From NCBI GenBank assembly GCA_951406725.2, contig OX597820.1, positions 24,490,001 through 24,554,000 of the forward strand: 64,000 bases of DNA, in the 5' to 3' direction. The stretch's first letter is position 1. Every line of letters starts with the position of its first letter. Source of the stretch: Octopus vulgaris. Its lineage: Eukaryota. Below the pieces are notes generated by a model. It was not told where the DNA came from and searched no databases. It saw only the letters and a program-made list of their open reading frames with translations. Both the position numbers and the translations under genes were made by a program. Positions 1-13,686 of the stretch are shown here, in pieces.

Positions 1-9
1 TATATATAT

Positions 10-123
10 TTCTTTATGCCCACAGGGGCTAAACATAAAGGGACGAACAAGGACAGACAAAGGGATTAAGTATTACACGACCATATAATTTATCGACCCC
101 GAAAGGATGAAAGGCAGTCGACC
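10..123 (-). mobile_element. SINE group A fragment (3' part)
   Basis: Reverse complement of the group A core gcctttcatcctttcggggtcgataa and the tail ctgtccttgttcgtccc...tttagcccctgtggg, as in the copies at 25518 and 49518. Confidence 0.8.
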
Positions 124-228
124 TATATTATATATATATATATTTATATAACGTATATATAGGTGAATATATATATATAGGTGAATATAGGTGTCTATAC
201 ATATACATATATAGACACATACACACAT

Positions 229-468
229 ATATACAAACATTTTGTTCTTACTTGAACACGAAGCTGTATATATGTGTGTGTATGTGTGTGATGTGTGTGT
301 GTATGCGTGTGTGTGTATGAAGGCACGTGTTTAGGGCATTCATACACAAACACACGCACACCCATCACACACACACACACGCATACACACACACATCACA
401 CACATATATGCACACACATACACACACACATATACAGCTGTTCAAGTAAGAACAAAATATACAAACAT
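229..468. repeat. Fold-back insertion homologous to 4961-5090, flanked by 12-bp direct repeat atatacaaacat
   Basis: 239-341 is the reverse complement of 4961-5088. ~375-458 is a direct-orientation partial copy. atatacaaacat occurs at 229-240 and 457-468. Confidence 0.8.
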
Positions 469-939
469 ACATACATACATACAAGCGTACAAATACGTAC
501 ATAAGCATCAATACTTACAATAAAAAAAGACAGGCAGAGATACATATTGGTGCATACTAACATAAATACACACACACACACTCAAACACACACACACAAA
601 CACACACACACAGCAATGCCACACACAAACGCATATTCTGCTGACGCTACCCCTCGCCCATCCGTTCACCCTTACTGTTTATCATACTGCTGACACCACC
701 ACCAACACCAACACCACCACCACCAAAACCACCATTACGTCGCCCATCAGTTCCGCCAACCCGACTAGTATGTACTACAAGTGTCTATACACATATACTA
801 ACTTTCATGATTAGTTAAAAGCAAAGAAAACAAAACAACATGTATGTTGGGTAAAAAAATAATAAAATAAAATAGGAAATAAAATAATTTGTTTAAAAAA
901 AAAAAAAATAAAAGCCAAGGAAAAATATCTTAATGGTTA

Positions 940-1036
940 TTGACAACAACAAGAACAACAGCAACAGTAGCAGCAACAACATCAACAACAACAACAACAA
1001 GAAAAAACGACAATGGCGAAAGTGTTCAAAGAATTG

Positions 1037-1080
<44 letters not shown>

Positions 1081-1098
1081 CATACATATATATACATA

Positions 1099-1132
<34 letters not shown>

Positions 1133-1490
1133 CATACATATATACATACATACATACTTACATACATATATACATACATATATACATACATACACACGCA
1201 CACGTACACACATATATATAAAGAAAACAAAAATAAAAAAAACAAAATAAGTTCTAAAATATATAAGAAAAATAAACACTAAAGCTACGTACAGCAACAG
1301 CCTCGATATCCTGTCACATCACCTCCGTCATCACCCTCACACAAAAACCAAAACAACCGACTCACCAACCAGCCAGCCAGCCAACAAACCGACAAACCAA
1401 CCAACAAACCGACCAACAAACCGACCAACCAACCAACCAACCATCTAACCGTACGACCAACCGACCAACCATCTATCCGATCATCTAAAT
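940..1490. repeat. Compound microsatellites (AAC)n, (TA)n, (TACA)n, (CCAA)n
   Basis: Direct reading; explains the low-complexity ORFs 893-1494. Confidence 0.9.
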
Positions 1491-1824
1491 CCATTTTGAA
1501 AAGCGAGATTTGCCTATGTTCAATACACTTAGCTTTAAGTACTTAGTGAAGTTTGGATCCAATTCTTTTAATGCCCGAATCGATACACTCAACATTTGTA
1601 CTATTTTTTACACCACCACCACCACCACTCTCCCTCTACCAGACGAACTGACGACGCTTCAGTCACGGACTAAATCTGCAAGAAATAACAGTGAAATGTC
1701 CCTCGCGAAACATTACTATCTTACCGAAAATGAAACACTGAATAACAGGGTGGGGATATAAAAATGAGAGTTTCAACCCTGATTGCTTTATATGTTCATG
1801 GGTTGTCTAGGATTGATTACACAG

Positions 1825-2385
1825 AACGCCTATCTTGCTCAGCATATAAATCTCCCGGAAACCGTTCAGAAACGTGCAACAAAACGAATGCCTGTCGACA
1901 AGCATCTACCATACTCTTAACGTATTGTTTTCCTGGGCATGGACACTTCGAAGCTCAGACATCTGGCAACTGACTTGACAGACACCCACAAGATTATCCA
2001 CCATCTTTCCAAGAACAACCTTGGGCACCATTTCGTGGACATGCTTTCAAAATCAAAAAAACAACATGGCACCCATGGCGTTGGGAAACATTTTGTCATG
2101 CCCAGGACTATTGAAGCGTGGAATAAACTACCTGCATCAGTCGTTAGCTGTCGAGATACTACATCCTTCGAAAGTTCAATGCTTCCTGCTTCCTGAAATC
2201 CGCCAACAGTACAGTTGATGGCTTTTTTTTTCGTTGTAGTGCAACTGAGAACTGTATACAACAGTTTCTTTCATATAGAACATCATTAAAGTATAGACGT
2301 ATGCTCCTCAACAGATTGGTTGAACACATGGTGCCCTGGTGGCAAATATTGTAAAGGGAAAGAACCATTTCTAGATAAATCTTAA
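1825..2385 (+). mobile_element. Decayed CR1-type LINE, RT C-terminus plus 3' UTR
   Basis: In frame: NAYLAQHINLPETVQKRATKRMPVDKHLPYS*RIVFLGMDTSKLRHLATDL...KHFVMPRTIEAWNKLPASVV, matching the CR1/L2 motifs LExVQRRATK, RRLxxDL and WNxLP; one internal stop. Confidence 0.85.
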
Positions 2386-3564
2386 ATTAATTCGGAGTGA
2401 GGAGAGTTTTATATGTAAATACAACTAAGATGCACAAAATATGCATATTCAATATCTCTACTTTCCATTTCCATTCCTTTAGGGTATTTTACCCTCATTA
2501 CTCATACACATCATTGTTTCGCAGTCGTACGGCCTTTATTTTGTTTGTATATTATGTTTTTTATTTCGTTTGTATATTCATATTCTTACCACAACATGTG
2601 TCGTTTGCTTTCGTCACTGGCCTTGGCCTCACCGTTCGCTCACTATTCCTAACTACTTTTTATGCTAAAGCTACCAAAAATAAACAATGCTGTCGGTAAA
2701 GCGCGAAATTGTAATGATTTTTTCGGACGATAACTGGCGAGGAACGAGCACGTCCGTATCTTGTGTGTGTATTTTCCGTTCGTTCCTTTGTCGTGCTTCT
2801 GTAGACTGGAGTTACGTAAAATAAAGAGTCATGCTCAAGTACTCAATGCTCCGCCCGGTCAAAGACTAGAACCCATGACCTTCATAGGAGAATATATAAA
2901 CTCTTTACTCCACTTGAACGAATACTTCATTCATGAATTATTGATGTTGGGAAAAATGATAAACAAAATATACCCAAGGGTGGTCATTAGATTGACTTAT
3001 AGAATTTAATTTTTTTTATTGACTGCAAGAATTTTTAATGTAAAGGATATTATAAACATTATACAATACGAAGAAACATTTACTTTAATTTAAAATACTT
3101 TAAAAATATTACTAAATTTTCATCATTCTGAAGTATTTTATAGTTATACTTTTATTGACATTTTAACCCATACTATTTATTTTTCTTGGTCATTGCTTGT
3201 AAATAATTACTGAATGAAAATTAATCTTTATCTATTAAGAAAGAATTACAAACACTTTGGCATGTACTGGTTTATCGGGTCTCTGGAGAAGCAACATATT
3301 ACAGACTTATGAGTTGTTGGTCTTTGCTATTTCGAATTATTGCTCGTAACGTCTAAATTAATTTCGGGTAATTAGCATCGCCTCTTTAATTCTTAGGTGT
3401 TAATGTAATAATGCTAATGTGCATCTCATACTTTAGGGTCAATAAACATAATAACAGTCCTCTACAAGCGGCGATTCTTCTCCATTATCTTATTGTTTCT
3501 GGAAGAAATCAGCAACAATCGGACCAGGAAAGGAATGAACTGCCTCAAGTTTTGTTATTACAGA

Positions 3565-4012
3565 CGTGGCGCATGTAGCTCAAAGGAAAGTTGAGAAAGC
3601 AAGCGCTCACATGCATGTGTAGTTAACAAGCATGCTTTACAACCATGTATTTTCGTGATCAGTCCCGTTGCGCGGCACCTTATGCAAGAGTCCTCTACTA
3701 TAACCCAGGATCGACAAATTCCTTGTGACTTAATTTGATCGACAGAAACTGTGTGGAAGCCCGTCATACGAGCACGTGTGTGTATTTGTGCGTACCTGTG
3801 TGTGTGTCTTTGTGTCTGCATTTGTCGACCACGACTGCAGGTAACCGGTGTTGGCATCTTTACGTCCCCGTAACTTATTGGTTCAGCAAAAGAGACCGAC
3901 AGACGAAATACCAGAATTTTAAATGTATAGGGGTCGATATATTCGACTGAACACTTCAAGCTCGTGCCACAGCATGACCGCAAAACAATGACTGAAATAA
4001 CTGAAAGGTAAA
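3565..4012 (+). mobile_element. SINE group B, old diverged copy
   Basis: cagtcccgttgcgcggcacctt...aagcccgtcat-(GT)n-...cagcatgaccgcaaaacaatgactgaaa, colinear with 62197-62880. Confidence 0.8.
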
Positions 4013-4331
4013 AGGTCAATAAGTGCAGACCTTCAAACTTTCTACCATTCACCTAGTATGAAAAACGTATCTGTTGTCATTCATAGTGAGATTAGCTATA
4101 ATCAAGTATGTTACAGCCTTGAACTTTTTGTATATTACATATTCAGTATATTCTTACCTTTTACATAACAGCACAGTGCTACGTGACGGAAATGTTTTAT
4201 TCATTTCTTCAAAAGTATATCGCATGCAGTGACTAGGTTTCGACCCTAGGACACCTTAGTCATAGCTAATTCGTCCTAACAACAAACACACTTTCATGAA
4301 TATTGCATCTATTAATATCTTCCTATGTCAA

Positions 4332-4546
4332 GGCGGCTGGCTGGCAGAATCGTTAGCACGCCGGCCGAAATGCTTAGCAGTATTTCACCTGTCCTTACGT
4401 TCTGAATTCAAATTCCGCCGAGGTCATCTTTGCCTTTTGTCCTTTCGAGGTCGATAAATTAAATACCAGTTGCGTACTGGGTCGATCTAATCGTCTGACC
4501 CCTCCCCTAAAATTTCGGGCCTTGTGCCTAGAGTAGAAAAGAATAT
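4332..4546 (+). mobile_element. SINE group A monomer (short tail)
   Basis: Head ggcggctggctggcagaatcgttagc, B-box-like aattcaaattcc, core ttgccttttgtcctttcgaggtcgataaattaaataccag. Confidence 0.9.
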
Positions 4547-4564
4547 CCTCTTGTGCCTCACTCT

Positions 4565-4671
<107 letters not shown>

Positions 4672-4675
4672 TATA

Positions 4676-4984
4676 CACCGTCGATTACGACAACAAGGGT
4701 TCCAGCTGATACACCAAGGGAACAGCTTGCTCGTGAAATTAATGTGCAAGTGGCTGAGCACTTCACAGACACGTGTACCCCTAACGTAGTTCTCCTGAAG
4801 ATTCAGCGTGACACAGAGTGAGACAAAACTGATCCTTTGAAATAGAGGTACTACTCATTTTTGCCAGCGGAGTGGACAGGAACAACGTGAAATAAAGTGT
4901 CTTGCGCAAGGACACATCGCGTCGCTGGGAATTGAACTCACGACCTTACGATCGAGAGCCGAATGCCCTAAACACGTGCCTTCA
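4676..4984 (-). mobile_element. SINE group C (head H2 + tail T1)
   Basis: tRNA-like head with gagttcaattcc, CORE-like gtgtccttgcgcaagacacttta, tail shared with 10119-10505. Confidence 0.85.
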
Positions 4985-5900
4985 TACACACACACACACA
5001 CATCACACATACACACACACACATCACACACATATATGCACACACATACACACACATATATACAGCTTCGTGTTCAAGTAAGAATAAAATATAATGGAGT
5101 ATAGTTAATAGCTTGATACGCTTACCAATGCTATTTCGGCTGATGAACTCAGAAAAGAGGCCAAACTAGAAAGATTGTCTCTACCTAGCTGATTGCCTCT
5201 CTATGATTGACAGCCCTACTAGAAATAGTAGTCAAATTTCCGTGTAATGTAATAACAGATACTGAATGCTGGAGAAAATGGCGTAATGGTCATGTTTAGA
5301 ACGTGTTCGATCATAGCTCTACTGAATGACGGTTAACCTGGGGTTACGCAAACAACAATATACTGCTGAACGAGACAACGAATAAGCCAATGATTGACCA
5401 GCAAGAAACATCTGCCAAGCTCCTCCTCCAAATAAAATTTTAAAAAGCACACACACACTGCTATGTTATTCATAAAAAGGAAGGACACGCTAGATTGTAC
5501 AGTCTTGGAAATACTAAACATGAAAGAAAAATAAATAAAATGAGAGATTGTCACGACTGGAACGCTTTTGATCATAGGTCTGTTCGACATCAATAACATA
5601 CAAGTGAATCAGCTAGCTATATAACTTTGTTAATACAAATAAAACGCTCGCACAAAATAATTATCTGAGAGAATTGAGATAAGGTTTTGTTGTATTCAGA
5701 CATTTATTTCTATTGGTTTCACTTTATCTTTTAAGGTGGTTTCTACCGATCGATATACGTCGTAAATTTATCTCGCAACCGTTTAATAATGTTGAGTTAT
5801 GTACTGCTCTGGAGAGCCTACGTGGAAGCCAATACACGTATGCGTACATACACATCTATATACACTTATACATATATACATACAGACACACATTTAAGTG

Positions 5901-5960
<60 letters not shown>

Positions 5961-6529
5961 ATGTATGTATGTATGCATGTATTCATGTGCAGGCTGAGGC
6001 ATAGATTTATGTATATTTCTTTTATTTTTGATTAAAAGCATGCAGTCACTATATTCTCTATATTAGCATTTATTGATTTATAGGTTTCACACAGTCACAA
6101 ATTTGTGTGTGAAGAGTAAAGTCGATTAAATCAACCCTAGCATATGACTGCTACATATTTTATCTCTCGCAGCAATGATTTAGTCCAGAAGACTGCAACT
6201 GCGATGCAATTTAAACTGCAAGACAGATACTGAGCTACAATATGGCATACGTAAAAGAAAATAGCTAAAAGTACGATTATAATCTTTTAGATTATTATAT
6301 TCATCCTGAGAGATGAAAGCTCTTTTAACATATAAAAGTGTAATACGTGTCGATTTATTTACATAGTATTGCATAAAACTCCGAATATCTAAAGACTGAA
6401 TCCCTGGATAAACTCTGCTACATATTCAATTCCTCGATGTAATTCTGAGTGCAATTGCATTCTCCCGCCTTGTCAGCTCTATTTTCGAACTGAAAAAGTA
6501 GGAGGTAAAATCACTTTATCCAAGATAGC

Positions 6530-6745
6530 ATTGATTTCAAAATTTTACACAAGGCAACCAATTTCGGGGAAAGGGGGAAGTCGATTGCATTGACCCTATT
6601 GCCCGACTAGTATTTATTTTACCGACCACAGAAAGATGAAAGGCAAAGTCGACTCTGGCGGCAGTTGAACTGGGAATGTAAAGTCGTAAGAAATGCTGCT
6701 TAGCATTTTATACGGAGCGCTAATGATTCTGCCAGATCGCAGTCT
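6530..6745 (-). mobile_element. SINE group A, diverged
   Basis: gaaagatgaaaggcaaagtcgac...taatgattctgccag (reverse complement of core and head). Confidence 0.8.
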
Positions 6746-7160
6746 TATATCGCAGATAATACTAACAGGCGTACAAGACTCACATATTCGGGTTCTACAG
6801 AGATGATGGTCTAAAAGCAACGCGGATAGCTACAGTATGGATACTAATTTTCCGCTGAGTAGATTGAGATTGAAGTAACCCAGTCAAGAAATCAAACCCA
6901 TAAACATATGATCGTGGTAACTAAACCTTAATCACTTAGCCGAACACCTTAGGTATATTTAAGCAACGTAACTTGAAAGTATCACCTTTAATCTAAGAAT
7001 TTCTAGTTTACCAGATTCTATTCTAGACTTAAAGAACAGCATAAGTCTTACAGAAAACCAAGCGAAAACACCACATATATACCTATATAAGAATATAACA
7101 AATCCAACTTTATCAAACGGAAGAAGTAGTATAATGTCCAAACTATCGCTATATTCCATA

Positions 7161-7385
7161 CAGTAATCCCTCGACTATCGCGTGTGTTACGCTCCAACCG
7201 ACCCTCCTCCCCCGCCGCGATAGGGAAAAATCCGCGAAGTAGTACAGTACTGTATATTTTTTATTGTTTTTATAATTTGTAGATATTTATTTTATTATAA
7301 ATGTAAAACAACACCACGGAGGTATCGATATAAACTTAAATAATAAACCGCGATATGTGAAACATGATATGGCGAGGGAATACTG
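7161..7385. mobile_element. Tigger/pogo-type MITE (225 bp), TA target duplication
   Basis: TA|cagtaatccctcg ... cgagggaatactg|TA, 12/13 inverted match; no coding capacity. Confidence 0.85.
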
Positions 7386-8571
7386 TAATAGAAGATCATT
7401 ACAATAATACGCGAAGAAAAGCTGGCTATTACCAACAGAAGCGCGGTGTACCACTCGCAAAGCAACAATTTCAGGGAGATGAATATTTTTTCGGCTAAGC
7501 CTGTCATATAATAAAAATGTAAAAGCCAATTTCTAGGCACACATAGCTTTCGCAATCTTTTAAATTGGAATTATATGAAAAACTAACGGTTGATGCTTGG
7601 ACAACATTACGGCACGTATCAAACAACACACCTGAAAGCTTATTCATCCAACCATTAACTCTCACTCCCACATCAATAACAAAGTTTTAATAGCAGACCT
7701 ACCCAGAATTACTCACTAAATTGTTCATGACGTTATTGAAGTGTTGATATATCGAGGCATTTTATCACCAAACGACGATATTCGGAGAAAATAAACTGCA
7801 TTCAGAAAGCACATATATATATATGTCCTATTCAACCAGCACGTATTCACATTCTGATTTTGGGAGAAAATAAACACTTCGTCCTTCTGGAAAGTGAAGT
7901 AGATTGGGGTTAGAAACACACAAGTTGGGTAGAGCACACGTATACCAAGATGGCAAAAAACGGTATTTGTGTTGAATTTTTTTAAAGCCAAAAATGCCGC
8001 TTATTGAAAACATGAACTGAAATTAGAAGCACTGGCAAATATTTTCGCAAAAATGATTTACAGTTCAAAGTGGCTAGAGAATTTTCAAATGGTTGGTTAC
8101 TTTAAAAAATTTGAAACTGGAAGAAAATTTTCTATGTTTTTTTTTATTAATATAAATCTCTTCGGCCGACGAAAACTAAACCATACAGATTTAATCCCAT
8201 GGACTCCTATCAAAGCTTTCAAAAATTACTGAAGTGCATCTGCTGGTCCATACTGACATATAAGAGGTAGGAAACCAGTAACAAAAGCAGGTCTATCAAC
8301 CATCTTTCTGCTTGATATTTACACCAGCAACGCACGAAGAAGCCAGTTGCACAAAATTCTAATTAACTGGAGCATGAGACTGATCCACCGTTCCATACAA
8401 ACATCCTTCCATCCATATTCACTTATATACATATATATATGTATACACATACTGTATATGTGTATATACGCATGCATACATTCACACACTCATATGCATA
8501 CATATGTATACATATACATGTATGTACGTATGTAAATACATATATGTAAAAATATAAGTATACATATGTAA

Positions 8572-8602
<31 letters not shown>

Positions 8603-8677
8603 TACACCATATATATATATATATACATGTGTATATACATATTTATATATATATATATAGATACATATACGCATGTA

Positions 8678-8740
<63 letters not shown>

Positions 8741-8773
8741 TTATCTATTTATATCTATAACTATATGTATGTA

Positions 8774-8830
<57 letters not shown>

Positions 8831-9217
8831 GACAAATCTGATTCTGTTTTACTGTTGAAGGTCTAAATGGATGCTATATAGATTTGTCGTAAGCAACGTT
8901 GAAATACGAAACAAGAAATTATTTATAACATTTAACATGTTTTGTTAAAACATTTGTAAAAACGGATATAAGCGACTTTGGAGTGGAGACTTGCAAGATA
9001 GAAAGTTAATGATGAGAAGAATTAAAAGCTAGATACGATAGTTTCCTGGGAGAAGTGTGGAAACATCTGATACCTAATCCAATGTAAAACATACATCTGA
9101 AGTATACAGGGATTAAAAATGTGCGGCGTTACAGTTGTAGGGAGTATAAATAATTAAATACTTATACTAATGTAGTTTAAAACATATGTGTGCATATATG
9201 GATGTAAATGAATATAT

Positions 9218-9284
<67 letters not shown>

Positions 9285-9900
9285 AATATATATATATGTA
9301 CGTGTATAATGGACAAATTGTACAGAACATATAAATGGACAACGAGTAAAACACTGGTACAATTTCGATTACCTATTGTTACTCGTAGATTTACTGCAGG
9401 AACTTTGTAGTGGCGAAACATAAGTTTCGACCTGTTCTGGGTCTCTTCAGGTACACCAATAAAATGTCTCACTAGATATTTGTTGAGTTGGCTTATGTAC
9501 CGCTATATGTCCATCAAATTCGAGAATGAGTAAAATCAGAGAAAAGTCATATGTATATATATGTGTATATATGTATATATATGTGTATATATATATATGT
9601 ATGTATATATATATATGTGTGTGTCTGTGTGTGTACACACACACTCATATACACACACAAACATATATATATATAGGAATGTTAGATTATAGACACATAC
9701 TCACACACACACACACACTCACACACACATCTGGTTTCTGGCCTATATATATATATTTTTAATTTTATGCTCCAGCAAGCTGAACTTTTCATATTTTATT
9801 TGGTTATGAAATATCTCATTAGCTTTGATCAATGAGCATAATGTTACCTCTTAGTAGACCGATCATACTAATAATATACACACACACACACACTCATACT

Positions 9901-9956
<56 letters not shown>

Positions 9957-10118
9957 ATGTAGGATAAATTTTTTTTTTTTGAAAAAAAATTTTATCAATG
10001 GCCAGCATATTAAAAAATAACTTTAAAGGTTAAATTTATAAACAAACTTATAAATAAGGGCAAATGACAAATATGCCGAAATTAGACACCCTGTCCATAA
10101 CCATATAATTTTTCACAA

Positions 10119-10505
10119 AGGGAAGCACTCCGTCGGTTACGACGATGAGGGTTCCGGTTGATCCGAATCAACGGAACAGCCTGCTCGTGAAATTAACGTG
10201 TAAGTGGCTGAGCACTCCACAGACACGTGTACCCTTAACGTAGTTCTCGGGGATATTCAGCGTGACACAGAGAGTGACAAGGCCGGCCCCTTTAAATACA
10301 GGTACAACAGAAACAGGAAGTAAGAGCGAGAGAAAGTTGTGGTGAAAGAGTACAGCAGGGATCACCACCATCCCCTGCCGGAGCCTCGTGGAGCTTTTAG
10401 GTGTTTTCGCTCAATAAACACTCACAACGCCCGGTCTAGGAATCGAAACCGCGATCCTATGACCGCGAGTCCGCTGCCCTAACCACTGGGTCATTGCGCC
10501 TCCAC
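10119..10505 (-). mobile_element. SINE group C (head H1 + tail T1), young full-length copy with 12-bp TSD
   Basis: aatttttcacaa at 10107-10118 and 10506-10517; nearly identical to 62896-63280; A-box/B-box-like head. Confidence 0.95.
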
Positions 10506-10570
10506 AATTTTTCACAATACGCACGCTACTCAAAAAAAGGTCGACAGAAATCTCTAAAAAATTCCATTAT

Positions 10571-10628
10571 TACCATATCGGACCGATTTCAGGGTTAGTT
10601 CGTAAGAACCCTCCCTTCGTCAGTGATA
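10571..10628 (-). ncRNA. Type I hammerhead ribozyme motif
   Basis: Minus strand: tatca-CTGACGA-agggagggttc ttac gaactaaccct-GAAA-tcg gtc cga-TA-tggta; stems I, II and III all pair. Confidence 0.8.
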
Positions 10629-10979
10629 AATGTGGCAAAGAAATAAATGAGATACTTACTCATACCCATGGAAGAAGCAAACACTAAGGCATGAGCAAAA
10701 TTAAGTACCCCAAATACATCCAAAATAGAAATTCTCCAGCATATTTGAGGACGTGCAATTTGAACTGAGGTTCTCACAGAGTGAGAGAGTCCGGAAGTGA
10801 ACACTATTAAATTTATATTTAATGTAGGATATTCCAGCTCTGGCCTCGAATCCGACAATGGTGATAGCTCAGTATTCGGGTCGAGTGCTTCTCTGGAAAT
10901 GCCCTCACTTTACACCCTACCAGGACTTTAGAATATGTGTATGTGTATGTGTGTGTGTGTGTGTATGTGTATACACGCA

Positions 10980-11033
<54 letters not shown>

Positions 11034-11333
11034 ACCGTGATTACCGTGACCGACCAGGCTATCAGATGTTGCTCCACATCATTGGTCACGATGCGCATCA
11101 CATTGTTTTAGCCTTCAAATGCTGGCTAAGTGAGCAGGCCAATAGAAGAAAGAGTGAGAGAAAGTTGTAGCGAAAGAGTACAGCAGGGATCGCCACCACT
11201 CCCTGCCGGAGCCTCGTGGAGATTTAGGTGTTTTCGCTCAATAAACACTCATAACGCCCGGTCTGGGAATCGAAACCGCGATCCTACAACCGCGCGTCCA
11301 CTGCCCTAACCACTGGGCCATTGCGCCTCTCAC
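11034..11333 (-). mobile_element. SINE group C (head H1 + tail T2)
   Basis: Head nearly identical to 10330-10505; tail matches 38836-38935. Confidence 0.9.
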
Positions 11334-11619
11334 ACATACATATATGTTTGGTTATGCAAATAGGAAAAAAAGAACTCAGAATGTGATTATATGTATATTT
11401 TTTATTAATATTTAGTAGAAGCAACAGTGTTTCACAAGGGCTGAGAGTTTTATACGTCGGCACTTATCAAACATATACATGTATGTATGTATGTATGTAT
11501 GTATGTATGTATGTATGTATGTATGTATGTATGCATGCATGCATGCATGCATGTATGTATGTATGTATGTATGTATGTATGTATGTATGTATGTATGTAT
11601 GTATCTATAGGTGTGTATA

Positions 11620-11835
11620 TCCCCACACCGCTTGGCAACCTCTGCTGGTTTGTTTACGTCACAGTAACTTTAGTTCTTATGTAAAAAAAGACCGATGAAA
11701 TAGTTGTCGTTCAAAAAAAACTAAAATTAATAAAGGCGCAATTCCTGGGGTCGACATTTTTCGACTAAAATCTTTAAGGCGGTGCTGTAGTATGGTCACA
11801 TTCCTGTGACTGTTACAAGTGAAAAGAATAAAAGA
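11620..11835 (+). mobile_element. SINE group B, 3' half
   Basis: cgcttggcaacc...aagaccgat...aaggcggtgctgtagtatggtcac. Confidence 0.75.
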
Positions 11836-12329
11836 ATACCTTATCTTGACCATCTTTACGTTAACCTTCATACAACCAATAATCTCTTATGATGTCTGTA
11901 ACATATTCAGCTCAAACCGACGCTCGACTTTCCAATAACATCGATCTTAATGCGACTGGGAAAAAAGCTACAAGGAAACTAAAGCAATTATACTCATGAA
12001 CAGTTTTCAATTACGGATATGATAAGCTGTGTTAGACGCTTAATCCATTGGAGTTCGAAGCAGCTGCCAGCTTCCAAACTTAAAATCAATTACAAAATAA
12101 CTGGATTTCCCTTTTTAGTTTAATTAATTTACTTAAAGATTTAAAGCTGGATTGACGTAGCGCAATATCTATTACGGGTGCAGACAAGCACTGCAAAGTT
12201 TAAAAGGTTATTATCATTGCATATACGATGCATAGTTTGAATACCCGAGTATTATTCCTATATACATACATACGTGCAGACATGCATGCATACATACATA
12301 CATACATACATACATACATACATACATAC

Positions 12330-12386
<57 letters not shown>

Positions 12387-12563
12387 TATATATATATTTA
12401 TATCTATGTATATGTGCGCCTGCGTGAGCATGTGTGAGTAGGAGAGAGAGAAAGAGAAATAACAATAAATACAGGTTTATATACTTCCAACGTGCATATA
12501 CATTCATACATACATACATACATTCGTAAATACATGTATACATACATACGTACACACACACAC

Positions 12564-12603
<40 letters not shown>

Positions 12604-12793
12604 ACGTGTATAGATAGGTAAATAGATAGAGAATGATAGAGAAAGAGAGAGAGAGATTGTAGTCATCAATAATACAATAGTAAAGCTAATTTATCTAACT
12701 CTCAAAGGGTTAATTCTGTCGACAAACTACTCTATAGCTTCGATTACTATAGTTAGTGTATGACGCTAGCTTCACTCTTCTGCTACATACTAC

Positions 12794-12909
<116 letters not shown>

Positions 12910-13075
12910 AGGCGTAGGAGTGGCTGTGTGGTAAGTGGCTTGTTTACGAACCACCTGGTTCCGGATTCAGTTTCACTGCGTGGCACCTTGGGCATGTGTC
13001 TTCTACCATAGCCTCGGGTCGACCAAAGCCTTATGAGTGGATTTGATAGGCGGAAACTGGAAGAAGCCCGTCATA
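12910..13075 (+). mobile_element. SINE group B, 5' half
   Basis: aggcgtaggagtggctgtgtggtaag...ggcaccttgggcatgtgtcttc...gaagcccgtc. Confidence 0.9.
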
Positions 13076-13101
13076 TATATGTATGTGTATATATATATAT
13101 G

Positions 13102-13135
<34 letters not shown>

Positions 13136-13552
13136 CAAATTGAGATAGGGGTTGTAAATGCAACCCTCCATGGGATAACATATATCCAATATACTGCTAG
13201 TGAAGTACCCAACAAAGTTAATACATAAATGTTAATGATTGCAATGCAATCAATTCATTTACTGTATTATATGGGCAAAGGTAAAATGATTTACCACAAA
13301 TTACTAATACAAGATGAGAAAATGGAGAAATACATCTAAATCAAATATCAATTACCAGATAATACTCAATCACATACTTTATTAAACCACCACATAAGAG
13401 ACTGTAGGGTTAAATATAAAAAGCAGAACAAATCAGTGTACATAAAAGAATGTACATAAAAAAGTGTACATAAAAGAGTAATGTTGTATAATAAGTAGAA
13501 TATATATAAAAGAGAATATAAATATAAGTAAACATAAATATAAGTATAGATT

Positions 13553-13686
13553 ACATCTTACAGCTGTTTCGGCCATGTAGATAAGTATGTCTCATTTTAC
13601 CAATATTAGCCTTTTATGGTAGGTCAATATATAGATATAAATGAGACATTTACAAAAATATCATAAGGCCTCTTCGGAGATTATGT
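13553..13686 (-). ncRNA. Type I hammerhead motif with ~100-nt extended stem II (U4C core variant)
   Basis: Minus strand: atct-CCGAAGA-ggcc[...atgtctcattt...aaatgagacat...]ggcc-GAAA-cagctg-TA-agat. Confidence 0.65.

Larger units (their letters stand above)
9955..10815 (-). mobile_element. HHR-bearing Penelope-like pLTR element (family P1), interrupted by a SINE
   Basis: Colinear with 50441-51156, abuts (TA)n, contains the HHR motif at 10571-10628. Confidence 0.75.

Noticed and set aside
1648-1715. CTGACGA ... gcGAAAc
   Set aside because: Stem II only 2-3 bp over a long unstructured gap; no stem III or stem I.
5138-5175. CTGATGA followed by a small hairpin
   Set aside because: No GAAA after the stem and no stem I or III.
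10168-10371. 67-aa ORF nearly identical to 63030-63233
   Set aside because: Both lie in young copies of the same SINE; identity reflects recent retroposition, not coding constraint.
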